A DNA stretch of 63,437 nucleotides, the filler included, from Octopus bimaculoides (lineage: Eukaryota), in the NCBI RefSeq assembly GCF_001194135.2. It is 7 parts of 6 records of this genome, joined end to end, with 100 filler letters (N's around TTAATTAATTAA, not from the genome) between each part and the next. Parts side by side here need not be neighbours in the genome. Positions count along the whole stretch, not along the records: positions 1 to 17,058 come from NC_068984.1; 6 more parts are not named here. The stretch is one strand, 5' to 3'. Position 1 is the stretch's first letter; every line of letters begins with the position of its first letter. The notes under the pieces are model-generated. The model did not search any database and was not told where the DNA came from. It worked only from the letters and a program-made list of their open reading frames with translations. A program made the position numbers and the translations under genes. This document shows, one piece after another, positions 1 to 12,385 of this stretch.

Positions 1-30
1 CCTTATATATTTATATTTATATATTTATAT

Positions 31-346
31 ATTTGATCCTTTATATTGAACACTCAATATTTCATCTACATTCAGTACTTTCTTTCATGGTGCCATCCTT
101 TTTTATTTTATTTTATTTTATATTATATATTGTATATTATATTATATATTGTATATTATATTATATATTGTATATTCCATATTCTATACCCCACATTGGT
201 TCTGCAGGAATATAAATAAAACATAAAAAACAGACACTGTTGGAACTCTTTTAAACAAAATAATATATTCCTCTATACACAATCATACAAAAAAACCCAC
301 CTTTTTTGTATTTATTTTTACTCGCATATATATATATATATATATA
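31..346. repeat. Dispersed ~300-bp repeat, copy 1 (near-identical copy at 60004-60290)
   Basis: ATTTGATCCTTTATATTGAACACTCAATATTTCATCTAC...TTTTTACTCGCATATA recurs in the same orientation at 60004; differences are mostly in an internal TATAT/TGTAT tract. Confidence 0.9.
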
Positions 347-1789
347 TAATTGAGATTCAGTTGAATTAGGTGTTTAAGTTGAATCACCAAGTCTGTCCGG
401 TATTATCCGCACAGCTCGAAGTAAGATTAATAAAATCAAAATAAGGAACAGGATATCAAGAAGTGATGCAGTACAACCGTTTCAAGCTGCTCCATTTAAT
501 TGAACAATGCAATCATTACATCAATTTAAATGCAGTGCTATCATCAGTTGCACAAATAATCAGAATTTTAACCCGTTGGACACATTAATATAACTTTTCT
601 CGAATACTTTAACAGGGCAAGAAGATGGCAGTAATTCATGTTGTCGCTATTGTAGCTAAGAATAGACTACACTTCCAAGAATGGTATGAAGCCGACTGGG
701 ATCATAGCTTGTGAAGGATTGTGGTTCATTTCTAATTTTTTTTGGTTTTTTTATCAGCTACTTTTATCAGCGACAAAGGCACATGCAAGAGTGGTGATGT
801 GAAATACAACAGACTGAGAAAATCAGAAAGACCACGGTGGCGCTCCAGCATGACTGCAGCCACATGGCTGAAACGAGTTAAAGAGTAAAAAATATATATA
901 TATTCGTATAGCTATACAGATATATACATATATATATGTAAAAAATATATATATATATTCGTACAGCTATACAGATATGTACANNNNNNNNNNNNNNNNN
1001 NNNNNNNNNNNNNNNNNNNNNNNNNNNNNNNNNNNNNNNNNNNNNNNNNNNNNNNNNNNNNNNNNNNNNNNNNNNNNNNNNNNNNNNNNNNNNNNNNNNN
1101 NNNNNNNNNNNNNNNNNNNNNNNNNNNNNNNNNNNNNNNNNNNNNNNNNNNNNNNNNNNNNNNNNNNNNNNNNNNNNNNNNNNNNNNNNNNNNNNNNNNN
1201 NNNNNTGTATATATATGTATAGCTATACGAATATATATATATCTTTTACTCTTTAACTCGTTTCAGCCATGTGGCTGCGGTCATATATATATATACAGTT
1301 TATTTATCAACTTACCCTTAGAGAATAATATGTAATAAAGTTCTAAGGTACATAGCGAACATATATATATGTATGCATGTATGTATGTATGTATGTATGT
1401 ATGTATTTGTCTATCTATCTATCTATCTATCTATTTATCTATCTATACAACTATATAATATATTTGGTGACTTACTGTTTTCCACCACCTACTGACACGC
1501 TTCTGGATTTATCCTTCATTAGTGTAGCTTTTATGAGTATATCTTGATATCTCAAATATTTTATGAGTATTTTCTTTTGATACTCAAGTACTTTTAGTTG
1601 ATAAATGTATACTAATTTTTTTTTTCTAATCTTATAGCCTTTTCAATGTTAACCACTATCGGTGGCTTTTGAGTGCGCCCGTCAAATCTCGATTAACGAC
1701 TTCTCCAATACGGTCTATGCAAGCCTGGTGCGTTGGGAAGGATGCATTCAGTTTCCAATTACTAGATCCCGCTTTATGCAGCCAATCTA

Positions 1790-2200
1790 GGTCGACCGCA
1801 CAATCACAAATTTATGGTCTGAGGAGCCAACTATTTTGAACTGCTTACGGTCTATAATTTCCCTATATGCTAGGCGTACAGAAAACTGTCTAGATACGAT
1901 TTGTATGATACAATGCTGTTCGCTCATATTCACATTGGCGTATTTAGGTAATGCAGTCAATGGAAACATTTCTATACATCGAAACAGATTTGCACCATTT
2001 TTAAACATCTAAACAGAATTGCACCATTACTCCAATCACTCGGCCAAATACAAACCAAAAGTGCATCAGAAATGGCATTCTGATCGTCCTCTAACATTAA
2101 GGAGCGGGGGTGTTCCGAGGAACCTCCGACGCCTGGGGAAATCTGTTTGAGCTGCTCGACTTTGCGAAATAATACTGCTATTCCGCTTCTCATTCCTAGT
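1790..2200 (-). mobile_element. Helitron Pif1-like helicase C-terminal remnant (frameshifted)
   Basis: Minus-strand translations give SSEHPRSLMLE..ALLVCIWPSDWSNG and SRQFSVRLAY, resembling the Helitron helicase motifs G-x-PPH-x-L-x-LK..LLRNL..NG and RRQFPVRLAYA. Confidence 0.6.
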
Positions 2201-2959
2201 CACTTTATCGATGCGTATATCTCAGACACATCAAAAATTGGCGCCATAGAACGTATGTCAGAAATCCTAGTCTTGCTAATAGTTAAATAGTTATCACATA
2301 CGTAGCTAGAGATCTGAGGTCATTCGGTAGGCGCTTCCGTTTGCAGGGTGATCCCAAGCTACATGCAAACCAATATTCAAGCTGCGATATCGTTTAGAAA
2401 GAAGGGAAGAAGAAAATGGGTGACCTACCCTGAAGTAGCCTGTGCGAAGTTGTTACATTGGGGTTCCTAATGCAACGAGAAAAACCCTCATCTCCCTATA
2501 TACATATACACACACATATATATATATATATANNNNNNNNNNNNNNNNNNNNNNNNNNNNNNNNNNNNNNNNNNNNNNNNNNNNNNNNNNNNNNNNNNNN
2601 NNNNNNNNNNNNNNNNNNNNNNNNNNNNNNNNNNNNNNNNNNNNNNNNNNNNNNNNNNNNNNNNNNNNNNNNNNNNNNNNNNNNNNNNNNNNNNNNNNNN
2701 NNNNNNNNNNNNNNNNNNNNNNNNNNNNNNNNNNNNNNNNNNNNNNNNNNNNNNNNNNNNNNNNNNNNNNNNNNNNNNNNNNNNNNNNNNNNNNNNNNNN
2801 NNNNNNNNNNNNNNNNNNNNNNNNNNNNNNNNNNNNNNNNNNNNNNNNNNNNNNNNNNNNNNNNNNNNNNNNNNNNNNNNNNNNNNNNTATATATATATA
2901 TATATGCAGTTTTATCAATTTCAAGTCCTCCGGGACTTTCACAGTACTTTTGTTGACAG

Positions 2960-3022
2960 TCTCTCTCTCTGTCTCTCTGTCTCTCTCTCTATCTATCTTT
3001 CTCCCTCTCTCTCTGTCTTTCT

Positions 3023-3082
<60 letters not shown>

Positions 3083-3090
3083 TCTCTCTC
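2960..3090. repeat. (CT)n microsatellite / polypyrimidine tract
   Basis: Direct sequence. Confidence 0.95.
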
Positions 3091-3989
3091 TTGGTGTTCT
3101 ATAAGATAGATGTTGTTTATTCTTTTTCTTCTTTCTAGCACAAATTTGGATGTAGGTACAATTGGTGTTGGTGTTGTGGACCGATTTGTGTCTTTGACTA
3201 GGATTATTTTGTTCTGGTTGTTGTTGGTTTTGTGTTTGTTAGTTTTAGTCTTGTGTATTCGCTGTTTCTTTTATGCGTTTTCTTTTTGTTGTTATTAGTG
3301 GTGGATTAGGTGGTGGTAGTGATATTATTTCGTTGCTGTTGTGAATTTAGTGCTTTTTTTTTGGTGTGTGTTGTGAGGTCAGCATGGATTTGGTGTTGTT
3401 TTTTACTTTGTTGCTTTTATTCTCAATTTTTTTCACTTGGGATGCTGTTCTTGCCCACCTCCGTCTGTTACCAGAGGGGTAGTCGAACAAGGACGAGAGC
3501 CTGTTTACTCGTATGTTTATGTCAGTCTTTTATGCATGTGGCAGGGGTCGGAATAGGAGCAGAGCGGAAAGGGTTCTGGGTTGTGATTTAACCTGAGTGA
3601 CGATTTGTTATAGTCATTACTTTTCGCCACTTTAGCAACAACAGCTTGCGAATTTGATGTTGGCGTTGTTGGTGCTGCTGCTGTTACTGTAGGTGTTGTC
3701 GTTGTTGCTTTTTTTGGTGCTGCTGATGCTGTTGTTGTTGTTGTTGTGGTTGTTGTTGCTGCTGTTGTTGTTATTGGTGTTATTGTTGTTGTTATTGGTG
3801 TTATTGTTACTTTGTTGCTATAGTTGATGTTGGGCCGCATACTATTATTGTAACTTCTTTTATCTTTTCTGCTACTGTCACTGCTACTTCTTTTGTTGCA
3901 CACTGTTGATATTGCAATGATACTGTTGGTAGTTGTGGGGCCCTTCTTACCACTTTCCTGGGATAAAAATGTTCTGAAATGGCCAGTTG

Positions 3990-4187
3990 TTCCAAACACG
4001 TGGCATCTGGGTTATCTACTTCCACCCAACCAATTACTCGTATTTCTGCCCCATTCGTCTGAGCGATAAGTTTTGGGATCTTTTCTAAATACTCATGCTT
4101 TACATGGAGGACATTCAGTGTGGCCACAAACCAGTTCTCGCGTTTTTTCTCTTTACACCCTGTAGTTTCGCTCCCCTCCAACATCAT
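3990..4187 (-). mobile_element. Possible LINE apurinic-endonuclease N-terminal remnant
   Basis: ORF 3807-4187 contains WFVATLNV...IRVIGWVEV, resembling APE motifs I/II (xTxNV...GxxE); short and degenerate. Confidence 0.3.
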
Positions 4188-5195
4188 GCATGCCGTTAAC
4201 TACGGGAGGTCTAGTAGGGCGCAAAGCGAAAGGCAAATTTGCCCCCAGAAGGTGAATTTGATTTCAAAGGGATTTCAACTCAGAATAAAAGAACAAATAC
4301 CGTATTTTCGATGTTCAAGAAACCCTGCCCGTTCACTGTCAATAGCATTAATAATTTCGAATTTAGATTCAAGACTTCCAGTCTAGTGGGAGAGGTCAGT
4401 TGATTGAATTGGTCCCAATATTTGACCCGTACAATATTTTGTCTAGTCTGGAAAATTTGAGCTTGGCGTGATTTTAATTCAGGACATACGGAGCCAGAAG
4501 AATTATAGCAAAGCATACATCCCAACGACTTAATTCCCTAATCCCTACCCTTGACAAGAATCTTAATCAAAGTTCACCTCAGCGGGAATTGAACGCAGCG
4601 CGCAGAGCCAAAATAAACACTACAAGGTATTTGTATCCGACTTCTTAACGGTTCTATTAATTCGCCACCGTAAATAACATGGTATTCAAACCCGTCTCGT
4701 TTGATGATTGCAAACAGAGTAACAGAAAGAAAATATATCAGCATGTTTTGTTTATTTCGAAATATTTTTCTTTTACAGTTTCTCAACTTCTATGGAGTTC
4801 GCTATCTACTCAGATGTTTCTCCAGACACAAAAATAACAAATTTAAACAAGCTGTGAATTTGAAAATTTCAGCATTAAAGGACGTACGTAAGTATCCATG
4901 TATTTATTCATATTCTTTATGTATGTGGTTATAAGAGTATATAAAACAGAGACGTAGGGAAGCATAGATATTTGTATTTATGCATTTGCATATAGATATG
5001 TATGCATGTATATGTACGTATTAGAGTAAGTGCAACCATCTGTATCTACGTTTGTGTTTATGCATGTGTAAACATGTGAATGCATATCTCTAATTATTTA
5101 AATATCATTGTTTAAACATGTCTGTGAATATATGCGTGTACATATGTGGAGAGGAGGTGAGTGTGTGCATCTATCTATCTAGCTAGCTAACTAGC

Positions 5196-5234
<39 letters not shown>

Positions 5235-5439
5235 ATATGAAAAATAATGATAAACATAGGTATATTTTCTTTTAAAGTTCCTACGTGCCTTTCACCATTC
5301 TGGCTCATCGAAGACCTTCAATGGAATTTCTCAACGTATATAGATGCTCAAACACAATGGATCTTCAGGAAACACTTTATTATATCAGGTTACAGATATA
5401 ATATATATATATAGATACATATAATATATGTATTTCATC

Positions 5440-5640
5440 ATGTAAAACTGTTAATACTTACGCATTTTCCCTCTCTCCGTCTTTTTCCTTTCTCCTCATT
5501 TTTTGTCTCTCAACCCTTTCTATCGAAGAGCGTGGGCTCGAAACATCAAACACAGTTCCATTTTTCCTGAACAAACTAATACACCGGCTTGTTGTCCCCC
5601 CACCTGTCTTCGTCTTTTGTTTACGGTAAATCTGAACAAT
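5440..5640 (+). repeat. Dispersed repeat with GAAGAGCGT(G/A)GGCTCGAAAC core (related copy on minus strand at ~56157-56280)
   Basis: Shared CTTTCT..GAAGAGCGTRGGCTCGAAAC core at 5515-5544 (+) and 56203-56230 (-), each preceded by a CT-rich tract. Confidence 0.65.
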
Positions 5641-6199
5641 ATATATATATATATATATANNNNNNNNNNNNNNNNNNNNNNNNNNNNNNNNNNNNNNNNN
5701 NNNNNNNNNNNNNNNNNNNNNNNNNNNNNNNNNNNNNNNNNNNNNNNNNNNNNNNNNNNNNNNNNNNNNNNNNNNNNNNNNNNNNNNNNNNNNNNNNNNN
5801 NNNNNNNNNNNNNNNNNNNNNNNNNNNNNNNNNNNNNNNNNNNNNNNNNNNNNNNNNNNNNNNNNNNNNNNNNNNNNNNNNNNNNNNNNNNNNNNNNNNN
5901 NNNNNNNNNNNNNNNNNNNNNNNNNNNNNNNNNNNNNNNNNNNNNNNNNNNNNNNNNNNNNNNNNNNNNNNNNNNNNNNNNNNNNNNNNNNNNNNNNNNN
6001 NNNNNNNNNNNNNNNNNNNNNNNNNNNNNNNNNNNNNNNNNNNNNNNNNNNNNNNNNNNNNNNNNNNNNNNNNNNNNNNNNNNNNNNNNNNNNNNNNNNN
6101 NNNNNNNNNNNNNNNNNNNNNNNNNNNNNNNNNNNNNNNNNNNNNNNNNNNNNNNNNNNNNNNNNNNNNNNTATATATATATATATATACGGACGGAGG

Positions 6200-6259
<60 letters not shown>

Positions 6260-6396
6260 GGCAGGCAGACAAACAGGCAGACAGATACATTGGTGCATTT
6301 TGTATTCTATATTATCCAGAGCTGAAATGAACGTATTGAATGATTTCAAAACATCACTTTGTTTTCACTTCATTATTCAACAAATAGATATATATA

Positions 6397-6782
6397 GGCG
6401 CAGGAGTGGCTATATGGTAAGTAGCTTGATTACCAACCACATGGTTTCGAGTTCAGTTCCACTGCGTGGCACCTTGGGCAAGTGTCTTCTACTATAGCAT
6501 CGGACCGACCAACGCCTTGTGAGTGAATTTGGCAAACGGAAACTGAAAGAAGCCTGTCGGATATATGTGTGTGTGTGTGGCGCGCGCGCGTACGTGTGTG
6601 AGTGTGTGTGCGTGTTTGTCTCCTCACCACCGATTGACAACCGGTATTACTTACATACCCGTAACGTAGCAGTTCGACAAAATAGAGCGGTAGATTAAGT
6701 ACTAGGCTTAAAAATTAAGTCCTTGACGCGATTTGTTCGACTAAAACATCCTTGAAGGTGGGGCCCCAGCATGGCCGCAGTC
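6397..6782 (+). mobile_element. tRNA-derived SINE, family A, near full length
   Basis: Head GGCGCAGGAGTGGCTATATGGTAAG..GAGTTCAGTTCC (A/B-box-like), central (TG)n, 3' CCAGCATGGCCGCAGTC; homologous segments recur at 17159, 39596, 43005, 44590 and 47420. Confidence 0.85.
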
Positions 6783-6789
6783 AGCCTAC

Positions 6790-7008
6790 ACAAATGATTT
6801 GTTTATAGTGATCAAATGTTCGTGTCGCACATCAGCTTACTCTCTTCTTGAAATCGACATTGCCTGTACAGGTACGCGGCGTACTACGCGTCAGGGGACG
6901 AAGTGATCGCAGAGCAGCGTGAAATGAAGTGTGTTGCTCGACAACACAACGCATTACCCGATCTAGGAATTGAAATCACATCAGTGCAGTACACTAACCA
7001 CTAAGCCA

Positions 7009-7010
<2 letters not shown>
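6790..7010 (-). mobile_element. tRNA-derived SINE, family C (related copy on + at ~10790-10925)
   Basis: Reverse complement begins GCATGGCTTAGTGGTTAGTG (A box); shares GTGATTTCAATTCCTAG and CTATAAACAAATCATTTG with 10790-10925. Confidence 0.65.
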
Positions 7011-7048
<38 letters not shown>

Positions 7049-7056
7049 CACGTGTG

Positions 7057-7092
<36 letters not shown>

Positions 7093-7764
7093 CATGGCGT
7101 TTTGGTTAGTTGTGTTACGCTGATATATATATATACATACATGCGTATATATGTGCTTGCGTGTGGGGAGAGTGGCAATGTAGCGCTCATTCACAAAGAG
7201 ACTCACTCCAACCCTGCCCAGGGCTCTAGAAAATCACAGAACTAAGCATGCGAATTGTCTCCGAAAGCTCGTTTGAACGCAGTTTCATATTAAGTGTTAG
7301 GTACAACTATTAGAATTACCTCGATAAAATATTTTGTAAGTAGCTGTTGTAGACAATCAGTCAATTGTCTAGACAAAGAGAATGATCATAATTGCAAGAT
7401 GAAACATCCGACGTTTCAAGTAGGCAAAGAAAATTGTCCCCAAGCGTTTTTTTTTATTTCCTCCATATGTGCACTTCTACCTATGCTTGTGTAGATAATG
7501 TGCATATATATTGTGCTTCTTGGTATGTTGCTAAATTGTTTGTATGTGTGTGTGTGTGTGTGTGTGGTTGCGTGTGTGTGTCGTTGAGGGAGAGAGAGAA
7601 AGAGTGTGTGTGTTTATTATTCGTATGTGCTTAGTATGTCTGTATGTGAACGTATATATAAAATTGTGTATGCATGTATATACATATACACGCATACGTA
7701 CATATATATATATTATTATATACGTGATTTTATAAATATATACATACACATACACATACACAAA

Positions 7765-7845
7765 GAGGCAGGCGTGGTTGTGTAGTAAGAAACTTGCTTC
7801 TTCACCACATGGACCAGGGTTCATCCTCACTGTGTAGTACCTTAA
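7765..7845 (+). mobile_element. SINE family A head fragment
   Basis: GGCGTGGTTGTGTAGTAAGAAACTTGCTTC..CCACATGG..GGGTTCA matches the head at 6397. Confidence 0.6.
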
Positions 7846-8076
7846 CTTTGGATATCCTTGTTGCTTATTTTGATTATATATATAAATTAAGAAACTGAGG
7901 AAAAGAGATCCTTCAAAGGGCTATGTTAAACAATTTGTTGGACTTTTATGGCTTTTTATAATTATCTATGTTATATAATATTATGTTTTTATATATTATA
8001 TTCATAGTATTTAATGTAATATTGTAATATAAATAAATTATTGGATTGTCAATTGGAAATCTCTATTTAATTTACC

Positions 8077-8115
<39 letters not shown>

Positions 8116-8164
8116 TCATCCAAAACCAAAATTATATATATATATATTCGTTTTGCCAGATTCT

Positions 8165-8985
8165 TGATGTGAATTCGTGTTTTGAAACAGATATTGTTGC
8201 ATTTGTGAATGATCATATTGCCAGTTTAGCAGAGTTAAAGAGACACAAGCAACACTTCGTTCACCGTATGCAGTTCCCAGGATACAGCCGTAGAGAAAGG
8301 ATCAGAGTATATAAAGGAGCCATGAGGAAATTTGAGACTATTATACGTAACGATAGGAATGAGATTTGCCCACTCTATAGGAGCAAGTCATGGAATACCA
8401 TTGAAAGGACTAAGAAGAAATTAGGCAAGGCCAACTCATGGTATGTTAGCCACAAATACCAGAGTGTCATGTTTGCCTAACCCTAACACCCTTGGAGGTG
8501 AACTGGCGTACCTCTTTAGAAGGGCCCTAGACATGCTTAAGCTAAAAATTAAGGTTGTAGAAAGACCAGGTAACTATCAAATCCCTAATCGGTAGAAGCT
8601 ACCTTTTAATAGAACCCCCTGTACTGATATGAACTGTTTGTATGTAGATTTAGTCCACAAACAAACTGTAAAGCTAGAAATGTAGTCTATAGCATATGTA
8701 CAGAGGGTCGGAGCAGAAACAAGACAACGACGTACGTAGGAGAGACAGCACGGAGCATAGGAGAGCCGATAAATGAGCATTGGAGGGAACTTAAGGAAGA
8801 GAAGACTTATAGGTTCTATACCAGCACGCCGAGCAGGAACACGGGGGCTCACTCAACAACATAGAAGTTAAAATCTTGTTCACACATAGAACGAACGCAA
8901 CGCTTAGATAAATTACGGAAGCTACACACATAATAGAAGATAAAACTAGCCTAAATAGAAAACTAGAATGGGACACTAGCGCACC
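8165..8985 (+). mobile_element. Penelope-like retroelement remnant (RT C-terminal region plus GIY-YIG endonuclease)
   Basis: RMQFPGYSRRER...PLYRSKSW...SVMF, then KVVERPG, YVGETARSIGEPINEHW (YVGET at 8733-8747) and R*ITEATHI...LNRKLEW; disrupted by stops and frameshifts. Confidence 0.8.
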
Positions 8986-9611
8986 CCTTACACACACCAC
9001 AACCTATGACAGAATAAGATCCCCATAAATTAAATATAATATGAAACTAATACAATAGACAGATAAATAAATGGAATTAAATAATTATATACATAAATAT
9101 ATAATAAATATAATAAATGAAATCAAATTAATACGAAAAATAAGAAATGAAGAAGTAAGTAGATAAAAATAAATGAATAGAATAAATTAAATTAAATTAA
9201 ACGAACGTAAATAAACAGGCGATACTGATAATGCAGATACCACACACGTTCCCACACAAACTTACTATATATATANNNNNNNNNNNNNNNNNNNNNNNNN
9301 NNNNNNNNNNNNNNNNNNNNNNNNNNNNNNNNNNNNNNNNNNNNNNNNNNNNNNNNNNNNNNNNNNNNNNNNNNNNNNNNNNNNNNNNNNNNNNNNNNNN
9401 NNNNNNNNNNNNNNNNNNNNNNNNNNNNNNNNNNNNNNNNNNNNNNNNNNNNNNNNNNNNNNNNNNNNNNNNNNNNNNNNNNNNNNNNNNNNNNNNNNNN
9501 NNNNNNNNNNNNNNNNNNNNNNNNNNNNNNNNNNNNNNNNNNNNNNNNNNNNNNNNNNNNNNNNNNNNNNNNNNNNNNNNNNNNNNNNNNNNNNNNNNNN
9601 NNNNNNNNNNN

Positions 9612-9684
<73 letters not shown>

Positions 9685-9754
9685 CGTGTGTGTGTGTGTG
9701 TGCGCGCGCATGTGTGTTCTGCCTTAATTCTATTAGAAATAATGAATTATAATA

Positions 9755-10065
9755 TAGTGGAAACTTGGTTTACGAATTTAATTCGTTCTGGAAGGTCGTT
9801 CGTTACCCGAAATGTTCGTAATCCGAAAATATTTTTTCCATAGAAAATTCAAAAGAGGACACAGAAAATTCGAGCATGGAAAGCTAGTCAGCAACTGACG
9901 TTTTACCGTAGATGCTCGCAGCTTGCTGCCAACCGTTGTTTCGACTTGCATGTTCGTTACTCGAGACACCCACCGTTCGTCACTCGATATGTTTTATGTT
10001 TGAAAGATAGTTCGTAAACCGATTACGTTCGTGACGAGAGGCGTTCGTAAACTGAGGTTCCACTG
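9755..10065. mobile_element. Tigger/pogo-type MITE (311 bp)
   Basis: TIRs TAGTGGAAACTTGGTTTACGAA / TTCGTAAACTGAGGTTCCACTG, flanked by TA on both sides; internal GTTCGT repeats. Confidence 0.8.
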
Positions 10066-10153
10066 TATGTAAATATACAATAATAACTGTATGTACATAT
10101 ACATGCATGCATGTTTCGTGCTTCTTTTGTCGTAGGTGTAGCTTTATGATTGC

Positions 10154-10196
<43 letters not shown>

Positions 10197-10227
10197 CATT
10201 CATACATACATACATAATATACAGACA

Positions 10228-10271
<44 letters not shown>

Positions 10272-11049
10272 CACACACACACAGACACTCTCACACACAC
10301 ACATAAACGCAGTTACACATTTTATAATAGATGCAAATTTATGTTTGTGTATAAAGATATTCATTTCATTATAGGCGTAGATGCATGAGTGTTTGTTAAG
10401 TACAGCTTCTTTTGTATTTATAAGCAGAATTTGCTTTTGGTCTCTTTGTAATAAATACGAGCATGGGAATATACTTAAAATGTATAATTATATATTCAAG
10501 ACTGTGAAAGCGTGCGTAAGCCTTTAAGCAGAAAATTCGTATAATACTATAATTGTAATATTTACGCCTAAACATTGTGGCGAGACTGACTTCTGGATAT
10601 GTCGTAGGTTGTATTGTAAAAGTATTATTTAACACTCTTATTAAAGCAAGTTTTATTAGTAGGCATTAAGTGCTAATATATATACAATATATATTTTATG
10701 ACTTTATGATATGTGGAATAGGTGTGTATGTTTGCGTGTGCGTGTGTGTATGTGTGTGTGTGTGCGTACGTGTGTACGTGCGTGTGTAAGGGTGCATGGC
10801 CTTGTAGGTGTTGCATTCATGATCGCTATATGGTGATTTCAATTCCTAGACATCGTCGATTTGATGGAGAGCGTGATCTAATGTACGGTACGAAAACTTG
10901 ATTTCTATAAACAAATCATTTGTGGCGGTAATTCGGCAAAAGCTAAACGCTTATACGTCGTCTTCGACGTGAGAGTCCATCATGTGTGTGTGTGTGTGCG
11001 CGCGCGCGTGTACATATTACATGCATACATACATACATACATACATACA

Positions 11050-11081
<32 letters not shown>

Positions 11082-11135
11082 CACGCACGCCCACACATAG
11101 TCGCCTAAGTATTCATTTCTGAAAACAAATGCACT

Positions 11136-11362
11136 AATAGCTTTAGTTAAGCTATACACAAAAAATTTAACAGAGGCTCAGAGAGAGTTGGTGAAAGATT
11201 TTAGTTCAATATATGAGGGTGACAGCTACCAGTCAACTCCTGCTTCGTAAAAGTCATGCTTAACCGGAAGTCAACTTCACTGCAGACCAGCTCGCTGGCT
11301 AGCCCGCAGCGAAGTTCTTTTCTACAGTTCGTCAATCATAAATCCTTAGGCAGTGTCCTACA
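11136..11362 (-). repeat. 3' LTR of the Gypsy element
   Basis: About 85% identical to 13050-13279 by hand count. Confidence 0.9.
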
Positions 11363-11940
11363 TATAGCTCTCTCTCGGAACTGTTGACTGTCAATTGGAA
11401 CCGGGAAGGCGTTTTAACTGCTTTGTTCGTGCATGTGGTTACTCGGCTCTTTGGTGACTGTTCCTTGCTAAGGATAGGTGTGATTTGCCTGGGGCGGCCT
11501 TTGTTTGGTGGTTGAGCTACTTGGACGGGACTGTCAATATCGAGATGAGCCAGTTTCAACCTATCGATGGAAACTGTGTCTTGTCGTCCGCCGATTAGGA
11601 GTTGGTACGATTTGTCTCCCAGACATATTACTTCATATGGGCCATTATAGGATGACTGGAAAGGTTTTCGTCGTATGTCACGTCGAATGAACACGAACTT
11701 CGCCGTGCGGAGGTCACTTTGTACGGATAATTTAGGTGTACTATGTGTTGACATGGGAATAGGGCGCAACTGGTCCATGCTGTCTCTTAGTTGCGTGAGA
11801 TACCTTTTGACATCTGTATCTGGCACTGTAAGAGGGGTACCATTCACCATTTCTGTTAAAGAAGTGTTGAGATTTTCCTATGGGGCGGTGCGGATTCCCA
11901 GCATCACCCATGGAATTTGATCAATCCAATTGGGCCCGTT
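11332..11940 (-). pseudogene. pol: Gypsy integrase C-terminal fragment
   Basis: WIDQIPWVMLGIRTAP*ENLNTSLTEMVNGTPLTVP...VFIRRD..RKPFQSSYNGPYEV...DTVSIDRLK; in-frame stop present. Confidence 0.85.
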
Positions 11941-12052
11941 AAGTCTGGTTGTCAGGGCTTCCTTCAGTCTGAGAGACGGTTGCTATGCATGGGTTGACAT
12001 GTGCAGATGTTTGCCAGAGACGTTGCTATTGATGAGTTGTTTCCCCTGCAAA

Positions 12053-12340
12053 TTAACCAGTAGCAAGTGTGCTCGAAGAAAGTCTGCTCCGATAATGGGC
12101 TGATGGACATCGGTGATGGCGAATGCCCAAGTGTATTTTTGTGAGAGAAAGGATGCGGTGATCGTACGCCCCGATTGTGGAGCTGTTGCTGGTCGTTAAA
12201 GGTTGGCCCCGCTTTCGATAAAGGATGTACCTTGCCGACGCTGGTATTACGTTGACTTTTGCTCCTGTGTCAATTAGGAACCTACATCCGGAGCTCCGAC
12301 CGCGGACACAGAGAAGCAGTTGACCGTTTTTGCCGGCCAC
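12053..12340 (-). pseudogene. pol: Retroviral-like aspartic protease fragment
   Basis: RFLIDTGAKVNVIP with the catalytic DTG motif; frameshifted downstream. Confidence 0.85.
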
Positions 12341-12385
12341 CGGTATTCAATGGCGGCCAACCTTGGAGTTTCCTGGAATCGATGG

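Noticed and set aside
3517-3999. 160-aa Thr/Ala-rich 'mucin-like' ORF
   Set aside because: Translation of a degenerate (GTT/GCT)n tract; no splice or domain support.
4198-4240. TACGGGAGG..GCAAAGCGAAAGG superficially like 16S rRNA motifs
   Set aside because: Similarity does not extend (no CAGCAG after TACGGGAGG) and there is no rRNA context.
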